NCBI RefSeq assembly: GCF_964204645.1
Contig: NC_134030.1
Span: 16,492,110-16,556,109, forward strand
Source: Tubulanus polymorphus
Taxonomy: Eukaryota > Animalia > Nemertea
Direction of reading: 5' to 3'
DNA: 64,000 nt
Shown: piece by piece, positions 25,350 through 39,419 of the stretch
Numbering within the stretch: position 1 is the stretch's first letter
Layout: each line of letters begins with the position of its first letter
Translations under genes and position numbers: made by a program
Notes under the pieces: model-generated
What the model was told of the DNA's origin: nothing
Seen by the model: the letters and a program-made list of their open reading frames with translations, nothing else
The model's database searches: none

Positions 25350-26804
25350 CTTTTAAGTTAATGGCATCCAGACTTTTCCCATGAAAATTCCGCATGATAA
25401 AATTATCTAGGGCGATGAGCAATCGTGCCACTTTGTTTTTTTCAAGTATGGAACTTGACAGCCTGTAGTGATCCATGTGGATATTCAAATTATGGCCCAT
25501 GTGGTCACATACAAGTTTAAGCTCACCAGGCAGCATTTCCATAATCTTGAAAAAAATTTATAACTAAATGATAATTAATAAAGTGACTTCTTGATTTCTT
25601 TTATGACTGGTGGAAAATATCATTACCTGTGATGTTGTAGCTAAGTACTTTCTCATCTTGTCGATCTAATGAACTCTGGTTTCTGGAGACCAGTACACTC
25701 TCTCGTGACCTCTCATTGCCTGGCAGCCATCTAGTGGAGTAGAAGCACTTTTTCTCCGGCTAAAATAGAAAATAATCAACTTCCAGGAGTAAAATCAGAG
25801 CCGAGTATGCAAACACTAAAAATTTTTCTGGCAATACTGTATATTGCCTAAAAAAATTGCACAAATTTTTATCAGTTTAAAGCAAAATGAAAAATATCAT
25901 TCATGAATTAAATTACTGTTTTGGATGATAAAGATGAAAAAGCATAAAGGAGATAGGAGATTTTCGTGAAAACTTCGCTGTTGATTGTTGCTATGCAAAG
26001 ATACCAAATACCGTTTGTAACGCAAGGACTGAGCAGACATCTTCCATTTCAGGCATAGTTTTTTCGGGCTGTGGATTCTCGGGTTTCAACGGGCAAGAGG
26101 ACTTGATGTGGCTCCACAAGCGTTCTTAGTGGAACAACGCAAAGCAGAATTCGCACGGAACAAAATCCCACGGTCTTCTACATATTTTTGATGTTTGGGA
26201 CAATCTTCGTGCCAGCACCAATTCACCCTCACCTTTTTGGATTACCTGTTATTACATCACTTGACTTGAGAAATCCTAATGGTAACGAATCTAAAATAAA
26301 CTGGAAATGGGCTTTTTATTCTTTGAACAAAGGACCCAGTTTTGAGGATCCTGAGGAATGTACAATGATTCTAAATAATAGTCAAAAGCAACAATAAACT
26401 AATGCTTGAGTAACTTTTCATCTAGTAAAATTCCTAAAACCAATACTGAACATGGTAGTAACAAGTGAAAACCATCCACAATTTTAAAAACTCAAGATAG
26501 TGATCCTGTGATCAAATTCAAAATTTAACAATCAATGAAATAATGATGTACACTTGGAAATTATAAAGCTATAAATACCTGTATATTATGTTTGAAATTG
26601 CCTTTATTTTGTAACTACAGTAATTTGTTCTTTTACTCTTTCGAACCATTTGACAGAAGGCCTATCTCTCAGACATCATCTTCTTGGCAGTGCTGAGACA
26701 GATAATGATATGCTATCTTTGACTTGTAACATTTTCCACAGTAGAAGCAGAAGTCTGGTAGTCACGTGTACCACCTACTTTGGGCTTGTATGTTGGTAAT
26801 GTAA
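25350..26804 (-). pseudogene. Crypton-type tyrosine recombinase gene relic with several introns (internally deleted)
   Basis: Exon 26804-26579: FCFYCGKCYKSKIAYHYLSQH.QEDDV..GSKE..LQNKGNFKHNIQ; exon from 26245: VIQKGEGELVLARR..DFVPCEFCFALF..RLWSH; exon ~25760-25628: GLQKPEFIRS..MRKYLATTSQ; exon from ~25546: MEMLPGELKLVCDHMGHNLNIHMDHYRL (catalytic H and Y). GT-AG boundaries. Confidence 0.8.
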
Positions 26805-26832
26805 CTGAAATTCCAAATGGAAAACATTAGTT

Positions 26833-27036
26833 TACTATATTATTACAACTAAACCCGGAAACCAGTTATGGGATATAGGTTATTCCTACTATATTATCAA
26901 AATAAACCCGGAACCTTAAGTTATGGGATATAAAATATTCATATTATGTTATTACAACTAAACCTGGAAACCTCAAGTTATGGGATATACAATATCCCTA
27001 CTATATTAATACAACTTAACCCAGAAACCAGTTATG
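26833..27036. repeat. Minisatellite, about 4 copies of a ~56-60-bp unit
   Basis: Recurring TACTATATTATTACAACTAAACCCGGAAACC(..)AGTTATGGGATATA. Confidence 0.8.
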
Positions 27037-27930
27037 TGACAACTTTTATTGCTCCTATTCACTTTAAAAATTGTTGAACGATAAGAAATGAAATATAAAT
27101 AATAAATATGAAACATATAAGTTAACAGTACACATGTGATTAATGACGTTGAATCAAACATGAATTTATGTATTTACAGTGCAAAAAGCTCCAACTCAAT
27201 TACCTAGGATATAGTTTGAGCCAAGAATCAAGTATTTGGAAGTAATTTGACATGGTAATTGAATTTCTGATACCCTATTTCGAATTACAAAGTATTTCCT
27301 GTTCGTATCATTTGCGCAGTATCACAACATTATGAGTTTTCCGGTTTGCTCGGCTACCCGTACTGGCGGGGTAGTCTAGAGAGGCCAATGAAAACTCCGG
27401 TTTGCTGAACCACCCCTCTTTGCGGGGATGCGGTATGATGTTTGATCTGACAGTTTCAAGTGGTTAATGGCTGTTTCAAGTGCTTACAACGATGCTTATT
27501 ACTTCGTGGTACATGGTGGTTTAAAAAAAGATTTCATAATAATACGCTCACCGCGTGGGCTTCGTAGAAAGACCACTACCTGTGACCTTCCCAAATTTTA
27601 ATTGTCCTGTCCGATTTGGTTTCATCCAATTGAGAGACTGCCTTTTCCAGTTAGGGCATTTTTGGATCACGTCACTCCAGGAAATGACTTAACGCTTTTG
27701 GGCCCCTTCGTCGGTTCCACATGTTTCATTTGAGCTATAGACCATGATGGTCAGTAACTGACCAATTGAGATATCCCCGAGTCTGAACACTTGACTTCGA
27801 CTTTCGGAAATTTATCATGTAATGTTTGTGTTCAAACTACTAAGGAATCATCATTGCAAATTCATCACTGACCATCACTGACCACCATAGACCAATTCAA
27901 ACTTCTCGAATATGAAAACGATATACCGCG

Positions 27931-28918
27931 CAGGGCTTCTAGTGGTCCTATTTTCCTATTTTTTCCTATTTTTCAGTGCTTGTCCTATTTTGTCCTATTT
28001 TTATATGAAAAAGTCCTATTTGTCCTATTTTCTCTCATTTTCCAGCTCGTCGACCACTTTTTATCGACAAAAATGTTCTTTATATCTTTTCATATGATGT
28101 GCAACACCATTTTGAGTGTTTGGTAGAACCTGCAGCATTCATGTTCGGTAAGTCCTGGCTATATAACTTCTTTTCTAATCTTCATATCCTAACATGCCCA
28201 TTGATTTTGTTCAAAATGTCACATGTTGCAGTGCAACTGGGCTTTGGCTATATGAGGGTAACAATCATGTATAACCAGAGGCGGTCGAGAAGTCAATCTC
28301 TTTTCATCCAAACATTTCTTGATTATAATGCTAATTCTTTTGGGTCCGCCTCAGGTATACATTGCCAAGTATCACCACAGGGATGCTCTAGTGTGATCTA
28401 GCTGTGTGCAGTGACATTATGTTTGTAAGTTTATACAGTGTAACCTCGATATAACAATCTCCATGGGACTGAAATCTAGTTTGTTATATCAGGTGATAAT
28501 TGGAATAAATCCACCAATCGGGACAATATTTATAGTTAACCGATAAATCGTTATATCAGGGTTCTTTATAACGAGGTTCCACTGTAGATAAGATTTTAAA
28601 TAGTAATACTGTGATACCTTTTGTATTTACCGGGTACCTCACTACGATGTATTATGAGTTGCTGCTGTCAATCAGTTAATTGTGAAATATTTCTTTCCAA
28701 AAAAAGAAATGAAAAAATGTAATGAATTAATTTGGTTTTCTAGTTTCAGATTACTGAAGTTCATTGGAGACATCTGTGAATATGATGCTGCAGGTTGTAT
28801 CCTCTCTTCATATATTAAAGTCCTATTTTCTGATGGATATCCTATATATTCTATGAAATTTTCCTATTTCTGGACACTCTTCCTATTTTTTTTATGGACC
28901 AGATCACTGGAACCCCTG
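27931..28918. mobile_element. Non-autonomous hAT-like element with 6-bp TSD ACCGCG
   Basis: ACCGCG|CAGGGCTTCTAGTG ... CACTGGAACCCCTG|ACCGCG; subterminal TCCTATTT repeats at both ends. Confidence 0.8.
28436..28584. mobile_element. Tigger/pogo-type MITE (TA TSD)
   Basis: TA|CAGTGTAACCTCGATATAAC ... TTATAACGAGGTTCCACTG|TA. Confidence 0.8.
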
Positions 28919-31900
28919 ACCGCGTTATGGTGTCAAACTAGAAAGGATTCGCCATTGAAAATTCATAAATTGACCATCACTGACCATCACTGACCAATTG
29001 AAACTTCTTGAAAGAACGATATTACCGGTACCGCATTAGATGTGAAACAAGAAAGGATTCAGTCGCCATTAAAAATTAATAAATTGACCATCACTGACCA
29101 CCACTGACCAATTGAAACTTCTTGAAAGAACGATATACCGGTACCGCATTTGGTGTGAAACTAGAAAGGATTCGACATTAAAAATTCATAAATTGACCAT
29201 CACTGACCACCACTAACCAATTGAAATTTCTTGAATGAACGATATACCGGTACCGCATTTGGTGTGAAACTAGAAAGGATTCGCCATTAAAATTAATAAT
29301 TTGACCATCACTGACCACCACTGCCCAAGTGAAACTTCTCAAACATCGTGGTCGAATTCGAAAGTGCTTGTCGTCGTATTACTATTTCTAGAAACCAGCA
29401 GTATGTTTTGCTACTGTTTTTGAATGGCATTGACATGATGGAAATTTATTACCCATAAATGGGTTACACATCTGGATCACAGCACCTCACTTGCCGCAGT
29501 GCGTTATTTTCACTGCATAGTAATGCTAATACATAAACTTTTTTACTACTTGACTCGAATCATCGGAACAGTACTGCGTTTGAAAACTCAACGAATAGAA
29601 AATGTTTGCGGGAAGCGCCTACAAATAAGTTATAATAAGATTAATTAATCGATGCATGAAAAACAATTAAATCACAAGGTGACTAACACCTGTCTTTCAA
29701 CCAATCTGCGCGATACCAATTAATTAAATCATTAAACGCATTGGGTTCCTAATATTTGAAATCATGTGATACAATAGTTGTTCTTTAGACTTGGCCACTT
29801 TCATTTCAGAAAACCGTGTACTAGAGCAGTGGTCACCGAGGCATTAACCATTCCTTCAAGTTTTGAAAATTCGATGGTAACGCGGATTCTTCGCCTCTAA
29901 AAAACTGTTTCGTTAATAGTTTTCTTTATACGAAAAGAGTTCATAGGAATTGAAATGGAGTGATATCAGTCTCAGCTGTAACCCTTTTTCATTGTCAGTG
30001 TTTTTTGGAATTCAAGTAGATTAGTGAAAATATCAATGATGAAGTTCACTTATTATATCAAGTACTGTTTTTACTGTCGCATGCGAGTCGAAACAAAAAG
30101 ATCTATCCAACTGCATATCTTCGGGTATAAACTGTGATATCATTCAGTATGTTATGAATATCTTTAAAAATTTGTGTTCTAGTATAATACCCTAAGGTTT
30201 AACTATCGGACACATAAAAGATTCGCCATAATCAAAGTTTTTAAGAAAATCTTTTTAAGAAAGATCTTTAAAAGAACGATTGGCGTCAAACTAATCCATA
30301 ATGGACTGTTGTGAATTTATTGAATAATCCACCTGAGAAATTTAAAGATTTCGAAGCGAAATTTATTCATATAAATCAAAAATGCATGAAATAACTTGAC
30401 GTTGTTTGCGGGTCTCATGAAACACTTTCGTGCGCTCTTTTTAAATCTAAAATAGCATAAATACATGCGTGTTTCGTTATAAACAAGGTTAAATTCCAAA
30501 CGCACATGAAATATGGAGCCTGTATCACACGATATACACATCTTGAATTTTCTCTAACTACGTAGGCCCTTTCCAAATGGGAATTGTTCAGTTTTTTAAC
30601 GGCCGACATTCAGAGGCACCTAAAAAACCGGTTGTATAGCACTTGAGATTTTCAGTGTAGGGCACATCTCACATCGACTCGGCTCGCGGTCGGTGGTTTA
30701 ATGGGAACACATCTGGTTGTTACTAGTTTAACGGTTGACGAATTCAGAAAACTTTTTTCAAATGTCTTTGATAACTTTTTAAACATGGTATTCTTCTTGA
30801 TTACATTTCGCTGATTCCATAGATATTTTTTCATGAAAATTGCTCCAGTTATAACGGATTTAAACATACATGTAAAATGATTATTTTCAAAATATTCAAT
30901 TTTCTCCGATTTTGAAGAAATTCTGACACAATATCATCTCCACTCGACACATGATTTTACTTCGGCGCCTTTGAAGGGAGTGTCACTTGTTGTTGAGTTC
31001 ATATTTTTACTCAAACAAGAAGATATGCCTGATTCCTTTTTAGAATTTAGATTTCGACGGATATCATCAAATTACTAGAAAGGGACAGCAGCTTTCGGTC
31101 ATCCGCAAAAAATACCTAAAATGCCCTCCTAGGGTTATGGAAAAACATGTCACGAGCAAGAAACGTTTGGGATCGTCCGCCAATGGTATCGCCAAAGAAA
31201 TAATAAGGAGCCAGTCCGTGGTGGCTATTGAAAGCGACGACCGCATGTGAATGCATTGATTGAATGACATCTCAAAAGTCAGATTATATAAAATTAAACA
31301 TGATATATGGATAGGTTATTCCATATATACTGGTAAAAATGATGCCCAATATGTGATATAAATGTTCAATTAAAAAGTAGAAACCGAATCCATAATTCAG
31401 TCTGGTATTGTTATGACATCAAACACTCAAATTTAATCCTTTGTTAGATTGGTAGCCAGTGTAGATGAGCACGAATAGTGGTCCCTAATTTTAATGTGGA
31501 CTGTTCAACAAGTTGGAGTTTGTGTAGAGATGAATGAGTTTAAAATGGAGTGGAATTTAGATAATACTGTTTGAATGTCTATTTAACTCAATCTTTTTAT
31601 TGATCATAAAAAATTGTGGTAAAATATTTGACTCTAGGGTTGGTTTTAGATTGTATCTCTCCATGCCAGAGGTAATCACGGATATTGGACTACACAAAAT
31701 TCCTTGTGTACAGCTCAACGTTTTAAATCCCTGGAAAAGCTCGCCACGGATATATCTCAGTAATGATTAATTTTCCCACAAATTCTCGCCTTCGAAAAAC
31801 CTAAACAACCAATGTACGCTTGCTCTAAGTTTGCCAATGCACTATTGTTACCTTTTCTAGCTATTTGCACTAGCTGTTTGTCGCAAATAGATTGCATCCT

Positions 31901-31928
31901 CTATTACATGAGTAAAGGATACAGCTCT

Positions 31929-32238
31929 GGGACCCGTTTCTCAAAAGATAGTTTAAATTAACCATCATCCAATATGATACGTGACTAAATACACTGAAAA
32001 AGATCAAAATTTCAAACCATGTTTTATCATTAGAAAATTACGACACAACGTTCGATCTCTCGCTAGAGATAATCTTTTTGAATTTGTACACTGAGTTTTC
32101 GTATCGTATTATCGTATTTTCAATTCGCTGCTTTTGAGTCAACAAGTACAAAGTTATTTTAGCAATGAAAATTTAATTGTGATTATAAATGTTAACTATC
32201 CACTGGTAAACTTACTAACTTTTGGCAACTGACCTTAG
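31929..32238. mobile_element. Possible degenerate Harbinger-like MITE
   Basis: GGGACCCGTTTCTCAAAAGATAGTTTA at the left and a weakly complementary TAACTTTTGGCAACTGACC at the right. Confidence 0.35.
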
Positions 32239-34474
32239 ATCGTGGAATGGCCTCGGGTGGCCTGCTGATCCATTCTTTATTTATACTACTAAAGAAATAT
32301 ACAGTATAAGACGTAAAAAGTATATGAACATATTGTTTATCTTTATATCGCGATAATTCGTGTACGTATGATTGAAAAACGATATTCTATCGAATCTCAT
32401 GGTACTTATGATTATTGTGTATAGAATCAATAATTAGCAACCCTCCACGGATACGAAGCAGCCTAAGTTTACATCCTACCAAAATTATCCTCGAAACTCT
32501 CAGCATTATTTCAAGAGTCGGTCTTAGAAAATATATGAAGGACGTGTTCACAGGTTAACGAGGCCAAAAATCTTCCCCAAAATTTCAAATTTTTACGAGC
32601 AAAGATAATATACTTCATGCTTTTGGTGCAGAAAAAAATAAATGCAAATTGTGTTTTCAAAGTAAACGATTGAGTGTGGAATTGTTTCGAATTCAAGGTT
32701 TTCCCATTAACACTCCGGTATTTTTCGATAAGTCAAATTATTGTTGTGATGGCCAGTTGAATACTTCATCATTATATTGAAAGATATGTTATACTTAATG
32801 CATCTTTTCTTATGCCTTACAGCTTTCTCTATTGGTTAGTGTTGTGATCACTCATAATTAACCATAAGTTTGAATTCTCACTGATCTACTACATCTCTAT
32901 AACAAAAATATATTTCATATCAGCCAATTAGCTTTGATCTGTGGTCAGTGGACAGCAGCTACGAAACATTTAAAACTACTACATTATCATTCCATCTATT
33001 CATGTATATATAATATGATATGATATCTTCTTTGTTCAGTTTAAAAGTCTTGATCGTAAAAGTTTGACAAGTCTCGCATGTTGGTACCGATACGCACGTT
33101 CACGCGAGTGAAATGTGCACGTTACAGGCTCAAATGCGCACGTTACAATTACAAATGGAAACATTGTTCGTTCAAAACCCTACGTAAAAATCTTATGCAT
33201 TTTAGCGGAATTTCAAAGTTAGCTCGCTACCTACAACAAAAATCGGACAAGACTTTTTCAAGCGACAAATTTAAATGTAAGAGCTAGTAGTACTAACGAA
33301 GGATTAACTAAACATATAAATTACTTATTGGGGTTCTGGTTAGCACTGGTAACTGGTCTGTACTGGTCAAGCATTGGTCAGTTAAAATATTTTTAGATTA
33401 ATGCCCACATCATATCTAGTTATTTGACACCAAACAACTTAATTGTTTGCAAAAAAATAATTTACTATATGGTCAGTACTGGTCATGCATTGGTCAGTTA
33501 AAAGACCATGGTCCACGCCACATTTGATACCAAACATGATTGGATTGTGTCGTTTCGAAAATTTATCCGTTGGGCAATTTGTGGTCAGCCCTGGTTCGTT
33601 AGGTTCTTATTTTGCGGGCATTTTATCTCGAACCACCGAAAGACCGAATCACTAATTAATTCACCAGATCGTTAATTGCTGCAAATGAAGATTAGTGTTT
33701 AACGAATAGTCCTTGTCTGAACAAAATATCTCTGGTGTGGGTCCTATGGAATCATGTCCTTAACTGTACACCGTACTGTATCCTTGTACTGTATCTTTCT
33801 ATGTTCACTACTACCGTAATTGACTATGATGTTTTCAAGTGGTCTTAAGTACCGCTAATAGCCGAAAGTCGTTGATTTATGTGAAATTTACATACAGCGC
33901 CACCCGTTGATAGTAAAACTAACCCGAGCAATACGGGTGTTAAATAGATACGCTAGCAAACCGGCATTCTCATAATGAATTAAGCCTCTGTTCTACGGAT
34001 TCAATATGGTGTCTCTACGAGCAACAAATCCGCCAAAAAGATGATGTCTCGTTTCACTGCAAAAAATACAATTCCATGCAGACATTTTCGTACCACGGCT
34101 CATGCGCCGAAATGTCAGTAGATGGCGCCACGTACGTTTGAGTTATGTCATCCTGGTTAGCCAGAAATAATTTTTTCAGCGTTATCATTTTAGCTGTTTC
34201 ACCCGCAGTTTCAGCATTTCGACTAGCAGTTTGTCCGATCTTCTTAAAATGACGGATATTTCTTTTAAGTGCTGGGAGATTGTTTTCTATCGGCCACAGC
34301 AGATCTCCTAGCGCACGCAAACAAACAAACATGTCCGCTGTGATGGATAGAAAACATTAGGTGGTGTCGATGAGTCGGTTGGTTTTCGTTCCACAAACAT
34401 ATTCCAATTATTTCAAAAGTGTTCTTTGTGCGTATTAACAGGCAAACTTATTTCTTTCCTTTTGAAGGATTTTA

Positions 34475-35323
34475 AGCCGTCCGTTCGTTCATCCATCGGT
34501 AGATGGAATCCAGATATTTTGGGAAGTTTTAAAGACGCTCCAATGTAATTTCTATGGGTTACACGTGTATCTACCCTACACACGTCTTCAGGCCAAAAAC
34601 TAGCCCTGTCAGTATCAAGATGGCTGACTGGAAGCCATTGATGTTCACCAAAATCAGCACTTTACACATTTTAGAAGTTTTTGATAGAAATTTTGAAGAT
34701 GCTTTGATCAATTACCTTGAACTTTTATATGTATTTGATTCCCCCAAGGGCCCATCAGTATAATAAAAATTAGGTCGATCAGACTCAAGATGGTCGTCCT
34801 ATGACCTTTTTTGTACTAAAAAATGACAATTTTGGCCGAAATTCTGATTATTGTAGCTTCCTACTGGTTTGCTATTTGTCATTGCAATTTGTGGTAGCTA
34901 TTCTATGGAAATGGATCTTTAATACCGGAGACAGGTATTTTTGATCAGCCAATTATCACGCAATTGGTGACCATCTTGGTGTCAGTAATCAGTACTCATT
35001 CGTAGGTGGAAAAAAAGTTTTTCCACATCATATTTGATCCCTAAGCATATTTTGTTACCACAACCAATTGAAGAGTTGTAGCTCATACCATTTTCTATGA
35101 TTGTGGTGAGTTTCAAGGTCATTGGTGTTTGTACATGGCCACCAGGGGGCATCGAATAGTAGAATAACTTAGTATTTCCTTTTTATATTAGTACCTAAGC
35201 ATATTTTGTTACCATGGCCAATTTCAAAGTAGCTCATGAAATGTTCTATGATCGTGGTGAGTTTCAAGGTCATTGGGTTTTGCATACGGTCATCAGGGGG
35301 CGTTGAATAGTAGAATAACTGTA
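34475..35323 (+). mobile_element. Second, truncated copy of the HINE family at 20677
   Basis: Clear similarity to 20740-21850 (GTATCTACCCTA..CAGGCCAAAAACT.., CAGTACTCATTCGTAGGTGG, two tandem units). Confidence 0.85.
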
Positions 35324-35324
35324 G

Positions 35325-35590
35325 TACAGGATGACCCAAAAATGTGTCTCTCATGAAAATATCCAATCTTTAATATCTAGGGGATATTTATCTGCGGGGT
35401 TACCTGAAAGATAATGTCTACTAGGACAATCCGCAGACTATCCCTAAACTGAAGACAGCGATCACTGCCAAAATCATGAGAATTCCTAGGGAGGAGTGTG
35501 TCAGAGTAATTGACAATTTTGCACGTCTGATTCAGTTGTGCTTGCAGAGCAGAGGTGGACATTTGGAGCATATCATGGAACGGAAGTTAA
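35325..35590 (+). mobile_element. mariner (maT/DD37D-like) deletion derivative: TIR plus transposase C-terminus
   Basis: TA|CAGGATGACCCA TIR; GYLKDNVY*DNPQTIPKLKTAITAKIMRIPREECVRVIDNFARLIQLCLQSRGGHLEHI. Confidence 0.75.
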
Positions 35591-35793
35591 ACAAGGACTG
35601 GTTGACATTTATCACTGAAACTGCCAGTGTTCTACGATAGTACATCCTGAGTAATCTGATTGGTGCCGCTGCGGCATGTACCTGTGCATCCGGTCTACTG
35701 CGGCAGGGGTTCGTGTTGTGGCTGAGTGTAGCGATGCTATCAGGTTGGAATCCCTGCCGAGGGAGGATGACGGTAGTAGCAATGCAGTTACAG

Positions 35794-35832
35794 CTCAGAA
35801 AACCCACCATCGCTGCTTTGCAGCTATATTTA
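35794..35832 (+). repeat. Dispersed 3'-terminal motif of another Helentron-like family (also at 6031-6061 and 38677-38712)
   Basis: CAGAAA(A)CCC..ATCGCTGCTTTGCAGCTATATTT (hairpin plus T-run) occurs three times in the window. Confidence 0.55.
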
Positions 35833-37444
35833 TTATTATTAATTTATGTCACACTATTTTCACTAAAAGAACATAGGCTTTGTTACCTTGCCACTGTTGC
35901 CGATACAATCCGTATGCTATCCTTCAGCGCACTTCGATCTACAAATACTCCGTGCGTATTACCATCAATCAACGTTACAAAAGCATAGAAACATAGAAAA
36001 CTGGGCCCCATTCAATGAGGCGACATGTTTTTCTGAGTCGTCACCCCGAAATCCACCGGAGGCTGCTCGTCACTTCGAATATCAATTTAAGTGTAATTTA
36101 ACAAATTTATTGCCGCAAGACGTCACATTCTGCAGCGGTCTTCAAACAGTAAATTTTAACAATTATCCATTTTCTTCATCAGTAAGTACACTTAACTGAT
36201 CCACCGGATGTAATTTAATACTCTAAATATTATAAGCACTGTCGAGCTGTAAAGATCGATGAATCAACTTCTCCAACTTTAATCTCCAACTTTAATCCTG
36301 GATCGCGCGAGAACAAATATTTTCGTATAAGATCCGTACTATGAACGTTTAACATGAGACTGCGCATAGTCAACTTGTTTCTTTACATCGTCATTCCATG
36401 GATCCGCTGCGCGTTCTCCTCGCCATGAGAATCAAAGCAAGTACAAATATATTTATTACTCCCTAGTGATTAGGCCACGGGCTTCAAACAGTTAGTTTCT
36501 TAATCGGATATTTACTACGATAAATCATTTGAGTACCGAGTTGAATAGGCCTAAACTAAACATGCCGGACTGATGCAGCGGGGAAAAGCTGTTGTGGTGA
36601 CAAGGTATCAATAAATGGATTTATTACTACCAGTGATTCGGCCGCGAGTTTCAACCATTTATCAATATTCCATTTTTCCTACAGCACATCACGATGTTTA
36701 CCAAATACACGGGATATTTACTAAATGCCTGTATATTACACATTCTTATCTGTAAGCTGGACTCAAGCTTGATATTTGGAGTGAGCGTCGCGGATGCGCA
36801 GTAGATAGGAGATCGTTTCTACGTCGCTTGTAGTGTTTATTGAGTTGTAGGCCTACTGAGCTTTAATGTTTCAAGCAAGCATAGTAAAATTGTTGTGATT
36901 ATTTACGAACTTGTTGACTTCAAACAAAATTTGCATTAAAAAATTCGACAACATTGCTGCGACGTTAAGTAGGCCTACAAACGATTTCTTTCTTCATAAT
37001 CAGAAAATGAACTCGATTTTACGAATTGAATAACCCAGGGACCTATCCCTGTTAAATAAGGTGTAGGAATACGATGTTTAGGAGAAATTCAAAAGGCCTA
37101 AGACCAATATGTCCGGTTGTTAGGCTTACGCATATACATAGGCCTACATAGGCTATACTAGTAGCCTCTATTAGGTTAAAGCCAAGTTCACTGTAAAGGT
37201 GGAATCAGATTTATTAAAATGCATGTATGAGTGATTAACTGGTTTTCACTTACAATGATAAATCACAATTATCAACGATATTTTATTGGCAAAAATGAAG
37301 ATTTTTTTTGAAATTTTGGTCTGAGCAGACAGCTTTATAAACTAGACTTTTCATTTGAGTTTTTTCATCATTAATGAAACTGGTATTTCATTAATTCCTA
37401 ATGACTTAAGTTACCGCGGAGCCCTAGAAAGATTTTTTTTTTTT

Positions 37445-37992
37445 CGTTCAAAGGACCTTTCGCTTGAAAAATTTTTCCCACAGACTGAAAATTTTTTTCG
37501 TTTGAACCAATAAATATTTTGTTCGAATGTTCCAATTTGAAAGAATCGATGGAACAAAAATGTTGTCATTGTTCGAACAAACTTTTATTGTCCAAACGAA
37601 ACGTCTTTCGTTCGAACAATTGTTCGATCTAACAGAATCGTTCCCATTCGAACAAAATTTTCTTGTTGGAACATTAAGTTTTTCGTTCAAACACAAATTA
37701 TTAGTTATATTGTTAAATCGAACACAATTGTTATCATTTAATCATTCGATAGAACAAAAAGTTTTTCATTTCAACAATAACATAGCTTTTCATTCAAATA
37801 AATATTCTTGTCAGAATGTAGAAAAGTTTTCGTTCGAACAGAAAGCGTATTGTTGGATCAAACAAAATTGTTTTTATTCGAACAAGATTTTATATGGAAC
37901 ATTACGTTTTTTGTTCAAACAGATATATTGTTTGATGGAAATATATTTTGTTCCAAAGATCGAAATTTTGGTGGCACTAGATAGTCTTCGTT
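37445..37992. repeat. Degenerate repeat element built of short TTCGAACAA/TTGTTCG motifs
   Basis: Dense reiteration of GTTCGAACAA-type words; the overlapping 158-aa ORF is low-complexity. Confidence 0.5.
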
Positions 37993-38059
37993 ATAATGAG
38001 TAATCTTTATTCAAACAAAATAATCTCATTCGAACACAAAGGCATAATCTGAACCTGGA

Positions 38060-38520
38060 TTTTTTTGTATCCAATATCCATATCATGCCTTTCAGGTAGA
38101 AGCCCATCTTTCTGACCATGAACAGAACACAGCTTGTTTAGGTCGTTTTGGAAATATACTCTGTCCGGTATATTTTGGAAGACTCTGTATATGTTATACA
38201 TCTGCATACATCAGGACAGTGAAGAGAAGACGACTTACTACCTTGCGTGACTCCACTAGTTAGACCTATTTATTCCAAGATGAGACAGTTCCTCTGATTT
38301 CGGCAACCTGTTTTCGTTCAGAGAAATCTGCTGAGCCATTTTAACGACCCATCATTGATACCGTTTCCGAATAGCCTGTTAAGTAATTGCTGATGTTGTA
38401 CCTTATCAAATGCTCTTTCGAAATTCATAGATATGAACAGGCCTTACATTCGATTTACATTCGATTCGAGTCAAATAACTATCTGGTCCAGTCATCCATG
38501 GTTTCAAAGTAGGTTTAATT
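38060..38520 (-). mobile_element. CR1-like LINE RT fragment
   Basis: MNFERAFDKVQHQQLLNRLFGNGINDGSLKWLSRFL...TSGVTQGS. Confidence 0.7.
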
Positions 38521-39419
38521 GACTGTTTGTCTACCGTCCTTTCATACAACCACGTTGACGGTTGAGCAGGGTTCTAAATTCCCTTCATTTTCATGGCATG
38601 GTTTGGCTGCATCAGCGTACACGCAATCGTGGTCAACACAGTATCCAGACAAGATCAATAATATGAACAAGGATGTGCAGAAAACCCGTTATTGCTGCTT
38701 TGCAGCTATATTTTTATTTGAAATTTAGCCTGTGAAAAAGCAAGTATCAAGGCGGGAACATTATTTACACCAGATGGAACTGTTTATTATTCTTTTTGAA
38801 AATTAGCATGAAGATTGGGTCTGGCGAGATGTCCACCCCTATAAAATGTCTTTGGTGATCAAATATAGAGGTTTTTGTATAGAGGTTTTTGCTCTTTTGT
38901 ATATGGAGGTCATCGGCCTTCAAATATGGTCGCCGGGTCAGCCCCTTATTTAAAATTGGGTTCAAGTATGGCCACCAGGGTTGCCATCCATCTTGGATTT
39001 CTTTTCAGCACGATGCCTACACCAATTCTTGATGCATTATTTCATGTAGGGTGATCTTTGGGGCAGCTAAAATGGGCTTGTCTTTTCATGTAAGGATATA
39101 TTAACAGAAAATGAACATTATCGCCACATAGCCTATACCTCCTAACTATTTTAAAACATGTTACATCGTTACAATGTGAATCATTCTGTAAAACTTTGAA
39201 TACTGGATCATTCTTCTTCTACTGCGTCATGAAGGTACAAGGCACGTGGGCCTCTTGTTCAAAAAACTTGATTAGGCTATAGGCTAGTCATTAGTGTCCG
39301 GCGTTGTTGGGTTGTTTTGTATGGCTACTGTGGCTATTATCATGTTTGCGTTGTAACGATTAGTTAGCACACTAATCTTAAGTTATAGAATAAAATCAGT
39401 TGTTGTATAGCTGGCATAC

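Larger units (their letters stand above)
27855..29342. repeat. ~110-bp tandem repeat array (GACCATCACTGACCACCACTGACCAATTGAAACTTC...), split by a hAT MITE
   Basis: Unit cores at ~27870, 28973, 29086, 29195 and 29303. Confidence 0.8.

Noticed and set aside
20677-29342. Regularly spaced repeats as a CRISPR array
   Set aside because: Whole units repeat with no unique spacers, there are no cas genes, and the context is eukaryotic.
36200-37250. CpG-richer stretch with TAGGCCTA words as a promoter or first exon
   Set aside because: No supportable ORF or splice structure; it cannot be distinguished from a TE interior.
37527-38003. 158-aa ORF as a protein-coding gene
   Set aside because: It is a by-product of reiterated TTCGAACAA motifs with no recognisable domain.
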